Notes: generated from the letters alone by a model not told the origin. Positions 40,079 to 50,916 are shown, numbered from the stretch's first letter. The stretch: DNA of 64,000 nt from an uncultured Eubacterium sp. (GCA_946555345.1 CAMNSS010000003.1:8080-72079); one strand, 5' to 3'. Program-made: numbers and translations.

Positions 40079-41779
40079 TCAAAACGGATTGATAACCCCC
40101 ATGAAGATCAGCGCCAGGGAAGCCACCGCCAGCACCACTAAAAGGATTGCGATATTCCGCTCAAACGGCGCAAACGCCTGAAGGCCTTTTTCCTTCCGCC
40201 CTTTGATATAAACCCAGATTCCCGGCGCATAAAGAATGCTCGTAATCAGGAACTGCACGATCCCGGCAGAAATAATCATCCAAAGGCCGTAAATGCTTCC
40301 CACGATCGCAAACACCCTGCCCTTTCCAATTTCTCCCTGCGGCACGGTCTCAAATCCTTCCCGCTTTCTGGTGATCTTTTCATAATAAAGCGCACTCAGA
40401 AGGTACGGCAGCATAATCATCGACGAGCCAATGGTATAAAATGCCAAATAGGAAGACTCGCTGAACAAAATAATCAGGAGAAAAGCCTGCACCAAAAGGT
40501 TCGTAATCACAAGCGCCACGGATGGAGATCCATTTTTGTTGCTTCTGGCAAACGCCTTCGTAAAGACGCCCTGCCTGGCGGCTTCATAAGGGCATTCGGC
40601 GGCGATGATCGTCCAGCCCAAAAGCGCGCCCAAAATCGAAACGATGACGCCGACATTCACCAGCTTCGCACCCCATGGACCAACTACCGACTCAAGGATC
40701 TGCGCCATTTGCGGATTATCAAGCTGTGCCAGCTCTTCCGCTGTCATGACGCCCATGCTCAATACTGCGACGATAACATAAAGCGCCAAAATCCCTAAAA
40801 ATCCTGTAAGGGACGCTTTGCCGACATCGCTGGAACGCCTCGCCCTCGCCGAAAGCACCACTGCGCCTTCCACGCCGATAAACGCCCAGACCGTCGATGC
40901 GGTCGTCGCCATGACCTGGAGGCTCAGCGGCATCGTCCCATTTCCCCAAAAGTTATGCATAAACGTATCCAAATCGAATGCGCCCAGCAGAAGAACCGCT
41001 ACCATGAACACGAAAATAGGAATCAGCTTGCAGATTGTAACGATGGCGTTAATGATCGTCGCCTGCTGTACGCCCCGAAGCACCAGCCACACCATGAACC
41101 ACACAGCCGCAGAACCGCAGGCTACCGAAGCCAGGTTGTTGCCCGTGCCGAATACCGGGAAAAAATACCCCAGCGCCCCGAACAGAAGCGTAATGTAGGA
41201 TACATTGCAGATCAGGGCGCTCATCCAGTAACCCCACGCCGATGTAAAACCCACAAATTCGCCAAAACCTTCCTTCGCATAGCTATAAACGCCATTAGTT
41301 AGATCCGGCCTGATTTTATTGAGGCCAAAAAAACACATCATCAGCATATACATGCCAATCCCAGCAATGCCCCAGCCGATGAGAACGCTGGCGGTATGCG
41401 CGCCGTTTGAAGCCATGTCACCGGCGGTGGTGAAAATCCCTGCGCCGATGGTAGATCCGATGATCATGGCGGTAAGCCCGCTGAATCCAAGCTGGTTTGT
41501 TTGTTTTGCCGTGTCTGTTGGAGAGACGGCGTTCGCTTGGCTTTCACCGCTCATTTGGTGAATATCATCAGCCTGATTTGAATCGTTTGAACGATGGGCG
41601 CTGCTTGCCTGGCTTGTACTGTTGGACTGGCGGACGCCGCCTGCCTGGTTCGTGCCATTTGCCTGCCCCGCACCGATTGCTTCCCTTTTGCCAGTCTCTT
41701 GCTGGGCATTGTTATTTTGATTGGTGCCGCTTTCTTCACCAGTCTTCCCCCGACGGTTTGTCACTTGATTTTTTCCCAT
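40079..41779 (-). CDS. arcD: Basic amino acid/polyamine antiporter (ArcD-like) with polar N-terminal extension
   Basis: GSTIGAGIF, GWGIAGIG, GYWMSA, WAFIGVEGA, SDVGKA. Confidence 0.82.
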   Translation of the reverse strand: MGKNQVTNRRGKTGEESGTNQNNNAQQETGKREAIGAGQANGTNQAGGVRQSNSTSQASSAHRSNDSNQADDIHQMSGESQANAVSPTDTAKQTNQLGFSGLTAMIIGSTIGAGIFTTAGDMASNGAHTASVLIGWGIAGIGMYMLMMCFFGLNKIRPDLTNGVYSYAKEGFGEFVGFTSAWGYWMSALICNVSYITLLFGALGYFFPVFGTGNNLASVACGSAAVWFMVWLVLRGVQQATIINAIVTICKLIPIFVFMVAVLLLGAFDLDTFMHNFWGNGTMPLSLQVMATTASTVWAFIGVEGAVVLSARARRSSDVGKASLTGFLGILALYVIVAVLSMGVMTAEELAQLDNPQMAQILESVVGPWGAKLVNVGVIVSILGALLGWTIIAAECPYEAARQGVFTKAFARSNKNGSPSVALVITNLLVQAFLLIILFSESSYLAFYTIGSSMIMLPYLLSALYYEKITRKREGFETVPQGEIGKGRVFAIVGSIYGLWMIISAGIVQFLITSILYAPGIWVYIKGRKEKGLQAFAPFERNIAILLVVLAVASLALIFMGVINPF

Positions 41780-42479
41780 AGAATCCCCTTTTCCTTTCGG
41801 CAATACGATCAAATAAGATGGGCAGCCATTGCATAAGCGCAAAGCACGGCCGCTCCACTTCATATCGTAATTGCTGAACGATTTTAAAACCATCCACATC
41901 GTAATCGCCGAACGATTTTGTGACTATTATTTGTAATTGCCGGTAAAATCATGCATATACCACAAAAGTCTTTTCGGTATATAAAATCCACAAAACGCAG
42001 CTGTGCATTTAGGCAAATGGCCAAATTACCAGCAAGAGGCCTAACGGTGAACCTCACATCATGGCAAGCGCAGGATTCATGCCAAATAGCTGCTTCCTGC
42101 GCCAAGCTTCACCGTTTGGGCAATTAACCCAGTTTATAGAGTCCTTGCCTTTGACTGCATCATCAAATAAAATTTCCGCATTCATAACATATTTTCCCAC
42201 ACTTGCACCGCCCATAAACCGATCCCTGCCCCTCTCATCGGACTTCCCATTCTCACATCCAGCTTGATATCCCCTGCTTGCAGAACAAAGCCAGCTTCGC
42301 TAATTCTGTTTCATATGAGCCGCCTCCGTTATGATTCCGGCACAATAGCCAGCTCCGCTTTGATATCCCTATTTCCATGTCTCTTCTTGGTTTCATCAAG
42401 CCGCTCGCTGAAAATATGCCCTGGAATTTCAAATACGATCCACACGTCTTCATCGTGAAAATGGCCTTTGCCGCTTCCC

Positions 42480-42745
42480 CTGGCCTGCACCAATGTCTTT
42501 TTTAGCCTCCCCATGATAGCTTTTCTCCTGAATTTCGGTGCAAAAACGATATGGCATTCGCAAACAGCAGCTTAAATGTGCTGTGTGTTTTATTTCATTT
42601 TTCATTGTCAAAAACCTCCTGTTGCATCTAAGTGATGCGGTCGCCAAACCAGCATCATTGTAACACGGAGGTTTTATTTACGTATACTGAAGTCTTTTAC
42701 CTACCCTTGGTAAAACCAAGGGTTTTATTGCCGCTAAAGCGTCAA
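42480..42745 (-). mobile_element. tnpA: IS200/IS605-family remnant (left end plus frameshifted tnpA 5' part)
   Basis: From ATG 42605: MKNEIKHTAH / CECHIVFAPKFRRKAI-G-LKK / DIGA across two frameshifts; perfect hairpin ACCCTTGGT-AAA-ACCAAGGGT at 42703-23. Confidence 0.8.
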
Positions 42746-42785
42746 AAAAGCGATACGAAATCCAAATCTAGTTTCCGTATCGCTT
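42744..42785 (-). terminator. Intrinsic terminator downstream of the GntR-ABC operon
   Basis: AAGCGATACG(G)AAA...TTTCGTATCGCTT stem followed by T6 on the minus strand. Confidence 0.55.
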
Positions 42786-43029
42786 CATAATCACCGTGGA
42801 TTTGCCGCTTTATGATCGCAGCTGATTCATCGCTTACGCACTGCCAATTCACAGACGGTCCAAGCTTTGCATCTTTTTCGTATTCAACCAGCGGCGGTCT
42901 TCATCCGGCAGCTTTAAGCTGTTAGCTTTGTTTCGGCAGCGATTTCATTTTAGTGAAATGCTGCTTGCGGTTCATTCAACGACCTGAAAGATACCAGCAG
43001 CGGCCGCCTCAGCAAGTCGTTTTGCTTCC

Positions 43030-43863
43030 CTAAAGCAGGTTCAGCTTGAGGGACAAGATCCGCTCCGTAATCACATGGAATGCGGCAAGCTGCACAACCG
43101 TCACAAGGAACATCGCCCCCATCGTCATCTGTATGATGGTAAAGGTCTTTTCCGTAAAGTCAACGCCCATAAGCCATCTTCCAAGTACATAATCCAAGCC
43201 CGTCGCATCCCCGATCAAGATGATCGCTACGAAAAGCACCGTCAATGCGATATTGATCGCAATATAGGCGGCAAGGGAAGCAAGCGCCCTGTATTTATCA
43301 GCAAGCTGCCCGATCGCCATCGCCGCATAAATGCGGTAGACCGACTGCAACGCCGACAGCACCATGAGGATCACGCCCTCGATGACCACCAGGATATATT
43401 TCGGTTCATCGGCAAGACTTTCCAGCATATTGCCAATCCCCCGCATCATGCCGCTGAAATCATCAAAGCCCACCAGTATCATGATAGACAAAACCGCTAC
43501 GATACTGCTGACGATCACAACGCCTGCGGCCACGACCCCTTTGGCAGTAATCAGCTGCCACGGCTTTACGGGAAGCGTATGCATTAAGTAGCCTTCATCC
43601 CCTAAAAGCCCCCTGTAAAACCGCAACAGGACAAGGAGTATCGTGATGACAAACATCGCGATGAATATCCCCGTATAAAGAAGCGGTGGAATAACGCTCA
43701 AAAGTTTTCCCAGCACTGCGATCGCGCCATGCGCCTGCATCAGCCTGTCGAAAATGCCCATGACAATCCCTAATAAAACGGATACCGCCAACAAGGCAAT
43801 CCAAATCAGCCCTATGAGCCTGATGCTCGACCTTATCTCATATTTAATCAATTTACCTGTCAT
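43030..43863 (-). CDS. ABC transporter permease
   Basis: Six TM segments; GDEGYLMHTLPV motif. Confidence 0.85.
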   Translation of the reverse strand: MTGKLIKYEIRSSIRLIGLIWIALLAVSVLLGIVMGIFDRLMQAHGAIAVLGKLLSVIPPLLYTGIFIAMFVITILLVLLRFYRGLLGDEGYLMHTLPVKPWQLITAKGVVAAGVVIVSSIVAVLSIMILVGFDDFSGMMRGIGNMLESLADEPKYILVVIEGVILMVLSALQSVYRIYAAMAIGQLADKYRALASLAAYIAINIALTVLFVAIILIGDATGLDYVLGRWLMGVDFTEKTFTIIQMTMGAMFLVTVVQLAAFHVITERILSLKLNLL

Positions 43864-44590
43864 ATCCGTTCACCCCCATATACGGAATCATTTTAAAAGT
43901 ATCCTTGAATACATCATCGATGGATTTGCCTTCCTTTTCTTTGATCTCATCGACGGACTCATGCCTGACGATCACGCCGTTCCGAATGAAAACCACTTCA
44001 TCGAGAACCCGTTCGATATCGGAGATGAGATGCGTGGATATCACCACCGTGCCTTCATCATTATAGCTGTTGATAATCGTGCTTAAAATATAATCCCTCG
44101 CCGCCGGATCGACGCCCGCAATCGGCTCATCCAGGAGATAAAGCTGCGCTTTCCTGCTCATGACGAGAATCAGCTGCACTTTTTCCTTCGTACCCTTGGA
44201 CATCGTCTTGATCCTGTCCTTTGGCTGGATTCCCATCGAAGCGCACATTTCTTCCGCTTTGCTCCTGTCAAAATCCTGATAAAAATCGCTGAACAGATCC
44301 AGCACATCCTTTACCGTCATCCAGCTGGCAAAATACGTTTTGTCAGGCAGGTAGCTGATCGCCGCCTTCGTATAAGCGCCCGGATGCGCCCCATCTATGA
44401 GCGCCTCCCCAAAGGTTGGCCGCAACAGCCCGCTTAAAAGCTTGATCAATGTCGTTTTGCCGCTTCCATTCGGACCTAAAAGCCCGATGATTTTTCCCCT
44501 GCCGATTTTCAGGTCAACGCAGTCAAGCGCTTTCTTGCCGGAAAAATTCTTGGTAAGCCCCTTACATTCTACCAGTAATTCCGTTCTCAT
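43853..44590 (-). CDS. ABC transporter ATP-binding protein
   Basis: GPNGSGKTT, MSKG, LLDEP. Confidence 0.93.
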   Translation of the reverse strand: MRTELLVECKGLTKNFSGKKALDCVDLKIGRGKIIGLLGPNGSGKTTLIKLLSGLLRPTFGEALIDGAHPGAYTKAAISYLPDKTYFASWMTVKDVLDLFSDFYQDFDRSKAEEMCASMGIQPKDRIKTMSKGTKEKVQLILVMSRKAQLYLLDEPIAGVDPAARDYILSTIINSYNDEGTVVISTHLISDIERVLDEVVFIRNGVIVRHESVDEIKEKEGKSIDDVFKDTFKMIPYMGVNGYDR

Positions 44591-44955
44591 TTATGTTCAA
44601 CCCCTCTCTCTTCAATCATTTTTATGACCTCGTCCGCACGATACCCGATCGCTTCCATTTCTTCCATGAAATTTTCAATTCTGTCCTTTGCTATGTTCTC
44701 TTTCATCTGTGCCACCAAATTTTCATCCGTCGTAACAGTCCTGCCCGAAGTCCGGTTAGTTATGACCAGGCCTTCGCTCTCAAGCTCGCGAAGCGCCCGC
44801 TGCATGGTATTCCGATTGACCCCCGCATCCTCCGCCAGTTCCCGCACCGTTGGAAAAGCGCTGCCCATCGGGTATTGCCCGGCTACGATGCTTCTCATCA
44901 TCTGCTCTTTCAGCTGAGGCCAAATCATCCTGTTATCATCCAAGTTCCAGTCCAT
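44587..44955 (-). CDS. GntR (YtrA subfamily) regulator
   Basis: PTVRELAEDAGVNRNTMQRA, RTSGRTV. Confidence 0.92.
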   Translation of the reverse strand: MDWNLDDNRMIWPQLKEQMMRSIVAGQYPMGSAFPTVRELAEDAGVNRNTMQRALRELESEGLVITNRTSGRTVTTDENLVAQMKENIAKDRIENFMEEMEAIGYRADEVIKMIEERGVEHK

Positions 44956-45607
44956 ATGCCCCTCCTCCCTTCTTTTAAATCCATTCGTTTGCCTTTTTCC
45001 TGCACTTGGCGCATCACCCCTTCACTCAATGTCTCATTGTCTTATTGTGCTACTGTTTTGTTGTCCTATGTCACTATGACAATGATAGAATAACAAAACC
45101 ATCTAAGGATGTCAATAGGTTTTTTCAAAAAATGCAATGCCGCCAGCATTTTTGATGCAAAAGGCAATCCACTGGTTTTGCTGGTTTTTCTCTATCAAGT
45201 CCTCTTTATAAGCTTTTTAGGAAAACCCAACCTGTGGGAATGCGAGTTCTTGCCGTTTTCCCGCCGGAATACTGACTGGATTTTCTCAGGACCACGCAAA
45301 AGACAGTCTTCCGAGGGTTCATGCAAATGGCGGCCTGCCGACGTTTTTCCGCATGATGGCCCGCCGCTGCATTCTGTGACGCTCCACGCATAAACAAAAC
45401 CCGCTTTGCCGGTTCCCTGCCAAAAAAAATCCCGCATCCATCTGCGCCCGATAAATAAAGGCGCACGAAGCGGGAAACCAGAGCATAGCCCTAGTAAATT
45501 TTAAAGACCTTTGATGCTTTTTTGCAGGCCGCAAGCCCTCTTTATAAACTGAAACCTGTAACGATTTGTAACGATTCAATAACACTTCCTATAAACTGGA
45601 ATCTGTA

Positions 45608-46120
45608 CTATTCAATGCCAAACTCTTTCGCATATTTTATAACGCCGCTTAGATTGGCTGCGTCTTCCCTTATCTTGTAAGCCATGAAGTTTTCGCTTGG
45701 CACATCAAAAGGCGGCTTAATCCCAAATTTGCCAGCCGGCACGTATCCTGCTTTTGGATAGTATTTTTCACTGCCCAATACAACCGAATATCCATAACCC
45801 AATTTGCCAGCAGCGCTATGCCCCGCTTTCATTAAAGACAGTCCTATCCCCCGTCTTTGAAACTTTGGCAGGACAGACAGGGGAGCCAATGCTAAAACAG
45901 CATCATCTCCCACCTTTGCTTTTGTAAACATGATATGCCCTACAATCTTGCCGTCCATTTCGGCAACTAAAGACAAGTCAGGAATAAACGCTTCCCCTTT
46001 TCTCAATGCGTTTACTAAATCGTGTTCATTTCCATCAGAGTGTTTGGCGCTGCCAAATGCAGCTTTCACTACAAAATATACGATTTCATATTCCTTCGGT
46101 TTTTCTCTCCTTATGAACAT
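45608..46120 (-). CDS. GNAT N-acetyltransferase (YhbS-like)
   Basis: LAPLSVLPKFQRRGIG, VLGSEKYYPKAGY. Confidence 0.88.
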   Translation of the reverse strand: MFIRREKPKEYEIVYFVVKAAFGSAKHSDGNEHDLVNALRKGEAFIPDLSLVAEMDGKIVGHIMFTKAKVGDDAVLALAPLSVLPKFQRRGIGLSLMKAGHSAAGKLGYGYSVVLGSEKYYPKAGYVPAGKFGIKPPFDVPSENFMAYKIREDAANLSGVIKYAKEFGIE

Positions 46121-46237
46121 AATTCCCCCCCTCGCAATCACCGATTTGCATATTGAAACCCGCAAAAGCGAAACCATGAGTCTCCCAGCAAGGTATCCCG
46201 CTCCAAAAGCGGACCGTCTCCTTGCTGGACCAGCACG

Positions 46238-47044
46238 TTACGCATACCGCTCGATCACGACTGCGAGCCGGTCTTTTCTCGTCCTTTTCCCCACCTCGCG
46301 CAGATACGCCTTGCCCTTTCCGCGAAGAACCAGCTTACAGCCCTCCGCCACCTGCATATCCGGCTTTTCCGCCTCCATGCTGTTGACAAACACGCTTCCG
46401 CTGCGAATCGCCTCAGCCGCCTTGGCGCGGGACAGCGAAAAAGCCGCCGCAATCACATTGTCGAGCCTGAGGGAAGCGACCGTATCCTTCACCAAAACCG
46501 TTTTCTGCTCCGGGATGCAAAGCCCGCCGATCGGCACAGCTTCCAATTTTAGGGCTGTCCGCCCCGCCTTATCGTAATTGAGAAGGAGGAAATCCTTGAT
46601 TTCATCCAAAATGATAAGATCCGCGCCGCCGTCGGTAACCAGAATGTCGCCCGTCATTTCCCGCTTCAGCCCCAATGCGAGCAGTGAGCCGAGATAATCC
46701 CGGTGCGTCAGTATTTTCCCGCCCGCCGCTGTGCTGATGCGAATTACGGAAACCGGGCAATCAGCAAGCGCTGCGTAATCCGGCAAAAATACCGCCAGCG
46801 TACGTTCCGCATCCTCATAGCCGCCATAAAACACACAGCGTACGTCCGCATTTCCACGGCACAGCTTCTGGCAGAGCTTTTCCACCAAAGAACGCTGCCT
46901 TAAATCCAAAAAAGCAGTATGCGTAAGCCGGTACTGCTGGCAGCATTGCTGATATTTATCCTCTGCTCCCGCCAGGAGCATCTTGTCTTCCTTCGTAAGT
47001 TCCATGTTCATACGCTCCATCAGAAAATTAACGCTGACCTGCAA
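46238..47044 (-). CDS. ylmH: YlmH/Sll1252 S4-domain RNA-binding protein
   Basis: FLD, GGYEDAER, HRDYLGSLLALG, ASLRLD, LRGKGK. Confidence 0.88.
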   Translation of the reverse strand: MQVSVNFLMERMNMELTKEDKMLLAGAEDKYQQCCQQYRLTHTAFLDLRQRSLVEKLCQKLCRGNADVRCVFYGGYEDAERTLAVFLPDYAALADCPVSVIRISTAAGGKILTHRDYLGSLLALGLKREMTGDILVTDGGADLIILDEIKDFLLLNYDKAGRTALKLEAVPIGGLCIPEQKTVLVKDTVASLRLDNVIAAAFSLSRAKAAEAIRSGSVFVNSMEAEKPDMQVAEGCKLVLRGKGKAYLREVGKRTRKDRLAVVIERYA

Positions 47045-47317
47045 GTTTTGGCCTGCATGAGCTGCAAGCTTTTGATCGATGCAAATCCGCCACTGTTCGA
47101 TGAACGGCTAGTTACAAGCCTTCGAGCCTGCGCCAGCATTTCGCCTGCCGCAAGCGGCCATGGTTTTGCGGTTATCCCCTGCCGTCCTCGATGCTGCACC
47201 GCTTCCGCCGCATTTACTCCTCCATTGCGGTTGCGCTTTTCCATCCGTTCCTGCCCCTGCTCCGGCCAGCGCCTGCGCATTGCCGCTCCATCCGTTCCTG
47301 CCACGCTTATCATCTTT

Positions 47318-48436
47318 TTATCGCTGCGGCTGCTTTAAGCGCTGTACCAGACCGTTAAAATCCAGCGTCATAAAGCCCTTTGCCTCACTGACGCCCTGCG
47401 GGTTATTGAAATCCTTCAAATCCGAAACACGGCCGACCGCATACCTGCCGCTCAAATAATCGCCGTTCTCAACGCAAGCAAAAATATAATGACTGATATT
47501 CCACCTGATAAAATTAGTGATCCTGGCTTCAATGCCGCCATCGCTCTCCACGAACCAATAATCGCTGACATCCGCATCCGCCTGCTCCATATGCATCACG
47601 AATACCGAGGTTACGGGAGTCAGGCCCATCTCCGCCGCAATCCCTTTCGCCGCCAGCAACGCAATGAACTTCTCCTTCATCGCATTGCCCTGCACCGCTT
47701 GCCCCGCATCACCGGAAAGCGCCAAATTGTAATAATGCATTTCACGGAAAGAGGAAAGAACCGCTTTGACAAGCTCTGCCGTGATCTGGGAAGCCTGGAC
47801 GCAGTTTTCCTCATAATTCTGCACGCCGCTGCACTGCGCCGTATCAGTTATCGTCCTGACTGCAAGAAAGGCAATTCCATTGACATGGCACACATGCGCG
47901 ACAGCGGCGGTTTCCATATCCACGCCCAGCGGCGCGAACGCCTGGTTGATGGCAACCCTTCCAGCCTGTCCCACGAATTGATCCCCCGTCACCATTTTGC
48001 CAAAATACACGCTGTGGTCCGTATCGGCTTGGGCTACGGCTTTTTTCGCCGCCTCTACAAGCCCGGCGTCGGATTGAAAAGAAGCAGACTCCAGCATCGG
48101 GGGATTTTCAGCCAAAATCGCAGGATCGACATCATGGTATGCCGATTCCGTACAGATTATGGTATCAAAAATTGCAAGGGATTCATCCATGCCGCCCGCC
48201 GTCCCGGAATTGATGATCGCATCGCAATCATAAGAATCGATCAGGATCTGCGCTGCCAAGGCAGCATTGGTCTTTCCAACCCCGGCAAAAAGAACCACTG
48301 CTTCCACGTCGGAAATCTTTCCCTGGTGAAATTTCAGCATCGCCTTTTCTGTCGTTTCACAATCCTTTAGCATGGAAATAAAAGGTGCTGCTTCCCTGTC
48401 GTCTGCACATAGAATCCCTATTTTCATTTTAACCAC
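47318..48436 (-). CDS. mtnN: 5'-methylthioadenosine/SAH nucleosidase with ~135-aa C-terminal extension
   Basis: GVGKTNAA, INSGTAGG, VTGDQF, DMETAAVA, RTITD. Confidence 0.82.
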   Translation of the reverse strand: MVKMKIGILCADDREAAPFISMLKDCETTEKAMLKFHQGKISDVEAVVLFAGVGKTNAALAAQILIDSYDCDAIINSGTAGGMDESLAIFDTIICTESAYHDVDPAILAENPPMLESASFQSDAGLVEAAKKAVAQADTDHSVYFGKMVTGDQFVGQAGRVAINQAFAPLGVDMETAAVAHVCHVNGIAFLAVRTITDTAQCSGVQNYEENCVQASQITAELVKAVLSSFREMHYYNLALSGDAGQAVQGNAMKEKFIALLAAKGIAAEMGLTPVTSVFVMHMEQADADVSDYWFVESDGGIEARITNFIRWNISHYIFACVENGDYLSGRYAVGRVSDLKDFNNPQGVSEAKGFMTLDFNGLVQRLKQPQR

Positions 48437-48753
48437 TCATTCCTTTCGCATTGATTCAGCGCAAGCATTTGTTTTTATGCGGCGCAAGCAGGGGAAGCGC
48501 TTATTATTGGTCGGATAGACCCTGTCGAGCGCACTGGAGTTTCTCAACAGGGAAACGGAAATGTACGCAATGTTAAACCACCCGCTATGCGGGCGTGCAG
48601 CAATTTTACGCATGGCATTCCCTCCGCTTTGCCTTGTTTTCTGCCATATGCCGTTATTTTGCCGCTGCGCCTGCTCCTGCAGCCAGTTACCCTGCCAAGC
48701 CGCTTCTGGCGTTCCCATCTTTTGCCTTTGATGTTCTGCCTGCCTTCGCACCC

Positions 48754-49752
48754 CTATCGCCTGCCCTGCAAATCTTCCGGGTTCATGCGGTGCAAAATAA
48801 TGCTGTCCATCGTTTTCGCCCCCAGTTTTCGATAGAAATCCATCGCCGGTCCGTTCCAGTCAAGGCATGCCCATTCCAATCGTTTGCAGCCTTTTTGCAC
48901 GGCAAGGCGGGCGATATAGTCCATCATCTGCCTGCCGATCCCACATTTTCTGTATTTTTCTTCTACATACAGGACATCGATATAAATGCCACGCTCCCCC
49001 AGCAATGCCGGTGCAGTCTCATAATAATACAGAAAGGCCGCCACCTCGTCTCCCGCCATCCCGAAAACCGCCTTGCCTGCACCGGATTCCAAAAACGCTT
49101 TCATCTTTTCGGCAGTGACCGCTGCAGTACCGGATACGTTCATATAATCAGCCAGCTTCTTCACATATGCGGCAGCCCGCTCTCCATCATCTGCCGCAGC
49201 GCAAACAATCGAAAAGGCATACAACGGTTTTTCCAAATAAACCGAAGTCTCCATAGGGCTATCATTATAGCGCGGAATCTCATAAAAACCAAATTGCTGG
49301 TACAAGCGGAGCGCGCTTTTCAAAAACGGCAAGGTATCAAGCCTTATGTACGAATAGCCCATTTCTTTTGCATCATCTATGATCTGCTGGATTAAACAGC
49401 TTCCGATCTGCCTGCCGCGAAACCGGGGCTTGACATAAAGGCGCTTCAATTCTCCAATTTGCGCATCAATTTTTATCAGGCCGATACAGCCTGCCAAGTC
49501 TCCATGATCGTAAGCCAGGTACAATCTGCCGCCTGCCCCTCCGTATTTTTCTTGCAAATGCTGCAATTCTTCATCATAATCCTGTATGTCCAGATATTTT
49601 TTGAAAGCAGGGTCGCCTGCGATCAGCATATCCGTATATTCTGAGAATAACATACGGATTTCCTCCGGGTGATCATAAGCTGGGATGATTTCCAAATCCC
49701 GGAAAGTGTTTTTGGGCAAAGTTGGCATAATCTTGTTTTGGCTTCCTTTCAT
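48754..49752 (-). CDS. Tandem GNAT acetyltransferase; second domain resembles spermidine/spermine N1-acetyltransferase
   Basis: ELKRLYVKPRFRGRQIG and YIDVLYVEEKYRKCGIG...LEWACLDWN...FYRKLGA. Confidence 0.85.
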   Translation of the reverse strand: MKGSQNKIMPTLPKNTFRDLEIIPAYDHPEEIRMLFSEYTDMLIAGDPAFKKYLDIQDYDEELQHLQEKYGGAGGRLYLAYDHGDLAGCIGLIKIDAQIGELKRLYVKPRFRGRQIGSCLIQQIIDDAKEMGYSYIRLDTLPFLKSALRLYQQFGFYEIPRYNDSPMETSVYLEKPLYAFSIVCAAADDGERAAAYVKKLADYMNVSGTAAVTAEKMKAFLESGAGKAVFGMAGDEVAAFLYYYETAPALLGERGIYIDVLYVEEKYRKCGIGRQMMDYIARLAVQKGCKRLEWACLDWNGPAMDFYRKLGAKTMDSIILHRMNPEDLQGRR

Positions 49753-49796
49753 AATTTTTCACGAGCATTTGTTTATGGTATGTATATAACATACGC

Positions 49797-50015
49797 GCCT
49801 GGCGGCGAGTTTCAGTGAACGCTTCCGCCCGGCAGCGCCGCATCAATCAGTGCGTTCATTATAACGAGCAGGCCCGGCGCCGAGTTTCAGTGAACGCTTC
49901 CGCCTGGCAACGCCGCATCAATCAGTGCGTTCATTATAACGAGCAGGCCTGGCGGCGAGTTTCAGTGAACGCTCCCGCCCGGCAACGCCGTACCAATCAG
50001 TGCGTTCATTATAAC
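49797..50015. repeat. 75-bp tandem repeat, about 3 copies
   Basis: GAGTTTCAGTGAACGC recurs at 49807, 49882 and 49957; each unit contains the inverted repeat TGAACGC...GCGTTCA. Confidence 0.9.
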
Positions 50016-50354
50016 ATACAAATTTTGCTTTTTCCATCATCTTGAACCTTTTCAATTCCAGCACCATGAGCAAAACTTCCAGCCAAATTGAAAAAGAGAT
50101 ATTTACTTTTGCAAATAAATATCTCCCTTTTCAATTAGTTTAGCATTTCATAAATCTCTTATTTGCCAGCCAGCTGCTGCTCAGCCATTTCGACTAACTT
50201 CTTAGTCATATAACCGCCAACGTAACCGTTCTGTCTAGCAGGTTAGAGAGTATCCCGTCCCTGTGGACAGCAAGCTGTAAATACTTGCGGTCAAATGATA
50301 CATATCCTTATAGCCAAACAGCATCATCAGCGCCTTTTCAAAAGCATATGGCAT

Positions 50355-50690
50355 TCACCGGCTTATTTCCAGCCAGATTTCCGCAAGCAATGCGGCGATC
50401 GCCTCTTTCTTTTCCCCAGGAAATTCTGCGATCCATTTGCCTGACTGGTCTATATGTTTGATGATAAACTGCTTATCCGAAAAGTGAGTGTCATATACCA
50501 AAGCATCCAGCCCCACGCCCATATGTTCTGAAATATGAATCGCTGTTTCAAGGGTCGTGTTCCCGTCCCGCAAAATGGCTCTCAATGTCGATTTCGGTAT
50601 ATCAAGCTCTTCTGAAAATTCCATTAGGGAAAGTTGCTGCGACTTTTGGTATGCTTTCAGGTTTTCTGACAACAAATTTCTTTTCTTCAT
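50355..50690 (-). CDS. Xre-family HTH protein
   Basis: LSENLKAY...FSEELDIPKSTL...NTTLETAIHIS...LDALV. Confidence 0.75.
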   Translation of the reverse strand: MKKRNLLSENLKAYQKSQQLSLMEFSEELDIPKSTLRAILRDGNTTLETAIHISEHMGVGLDALVYDTHFSDKQFIIKHIDQSGKWIAEFPGEKKEAIAALLAEIWLEISR

Positions 50691-50916
50691 CTTTTCCCTC
50701 CTTCTTGATCCGAGAAGGAGGAAGGATTATCTGTTTCCTTCTATATTTATTATATCACATTGCTTTTCATAAATCTACTATTTTCGACAAATTTAGACAA
50801 AAAATAAATTTCATGGAAGAGCAATTCCCTGCCAAAAAGGATGTTCGGATAAAACCCGCCCCTGCGCCAAGCACAAGGTTTTCTTTGCACAGAAAAGGCG
50901 GCAATGCGCCGCCCTC

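Noticed and set aside
49797-50015. CRISPR array
   Set aside because: Units are contiguous near-identical 75-mers with no unique spacers, and there are no cas genes in the window.
49815-50045. Repeat-encoded 76-aa protein
   Set aside because: The frame stays open only because the 75-bp unit is a multiple of 3; there is no RBS.
50040-50360. Prophage att site or integrase
   Set aside because: No integrase, tRNA or recognisable att core was found; the boundary cannot be placed, so membership of 50.3-60.1 kb in the prophage is inferred from adjacency only.
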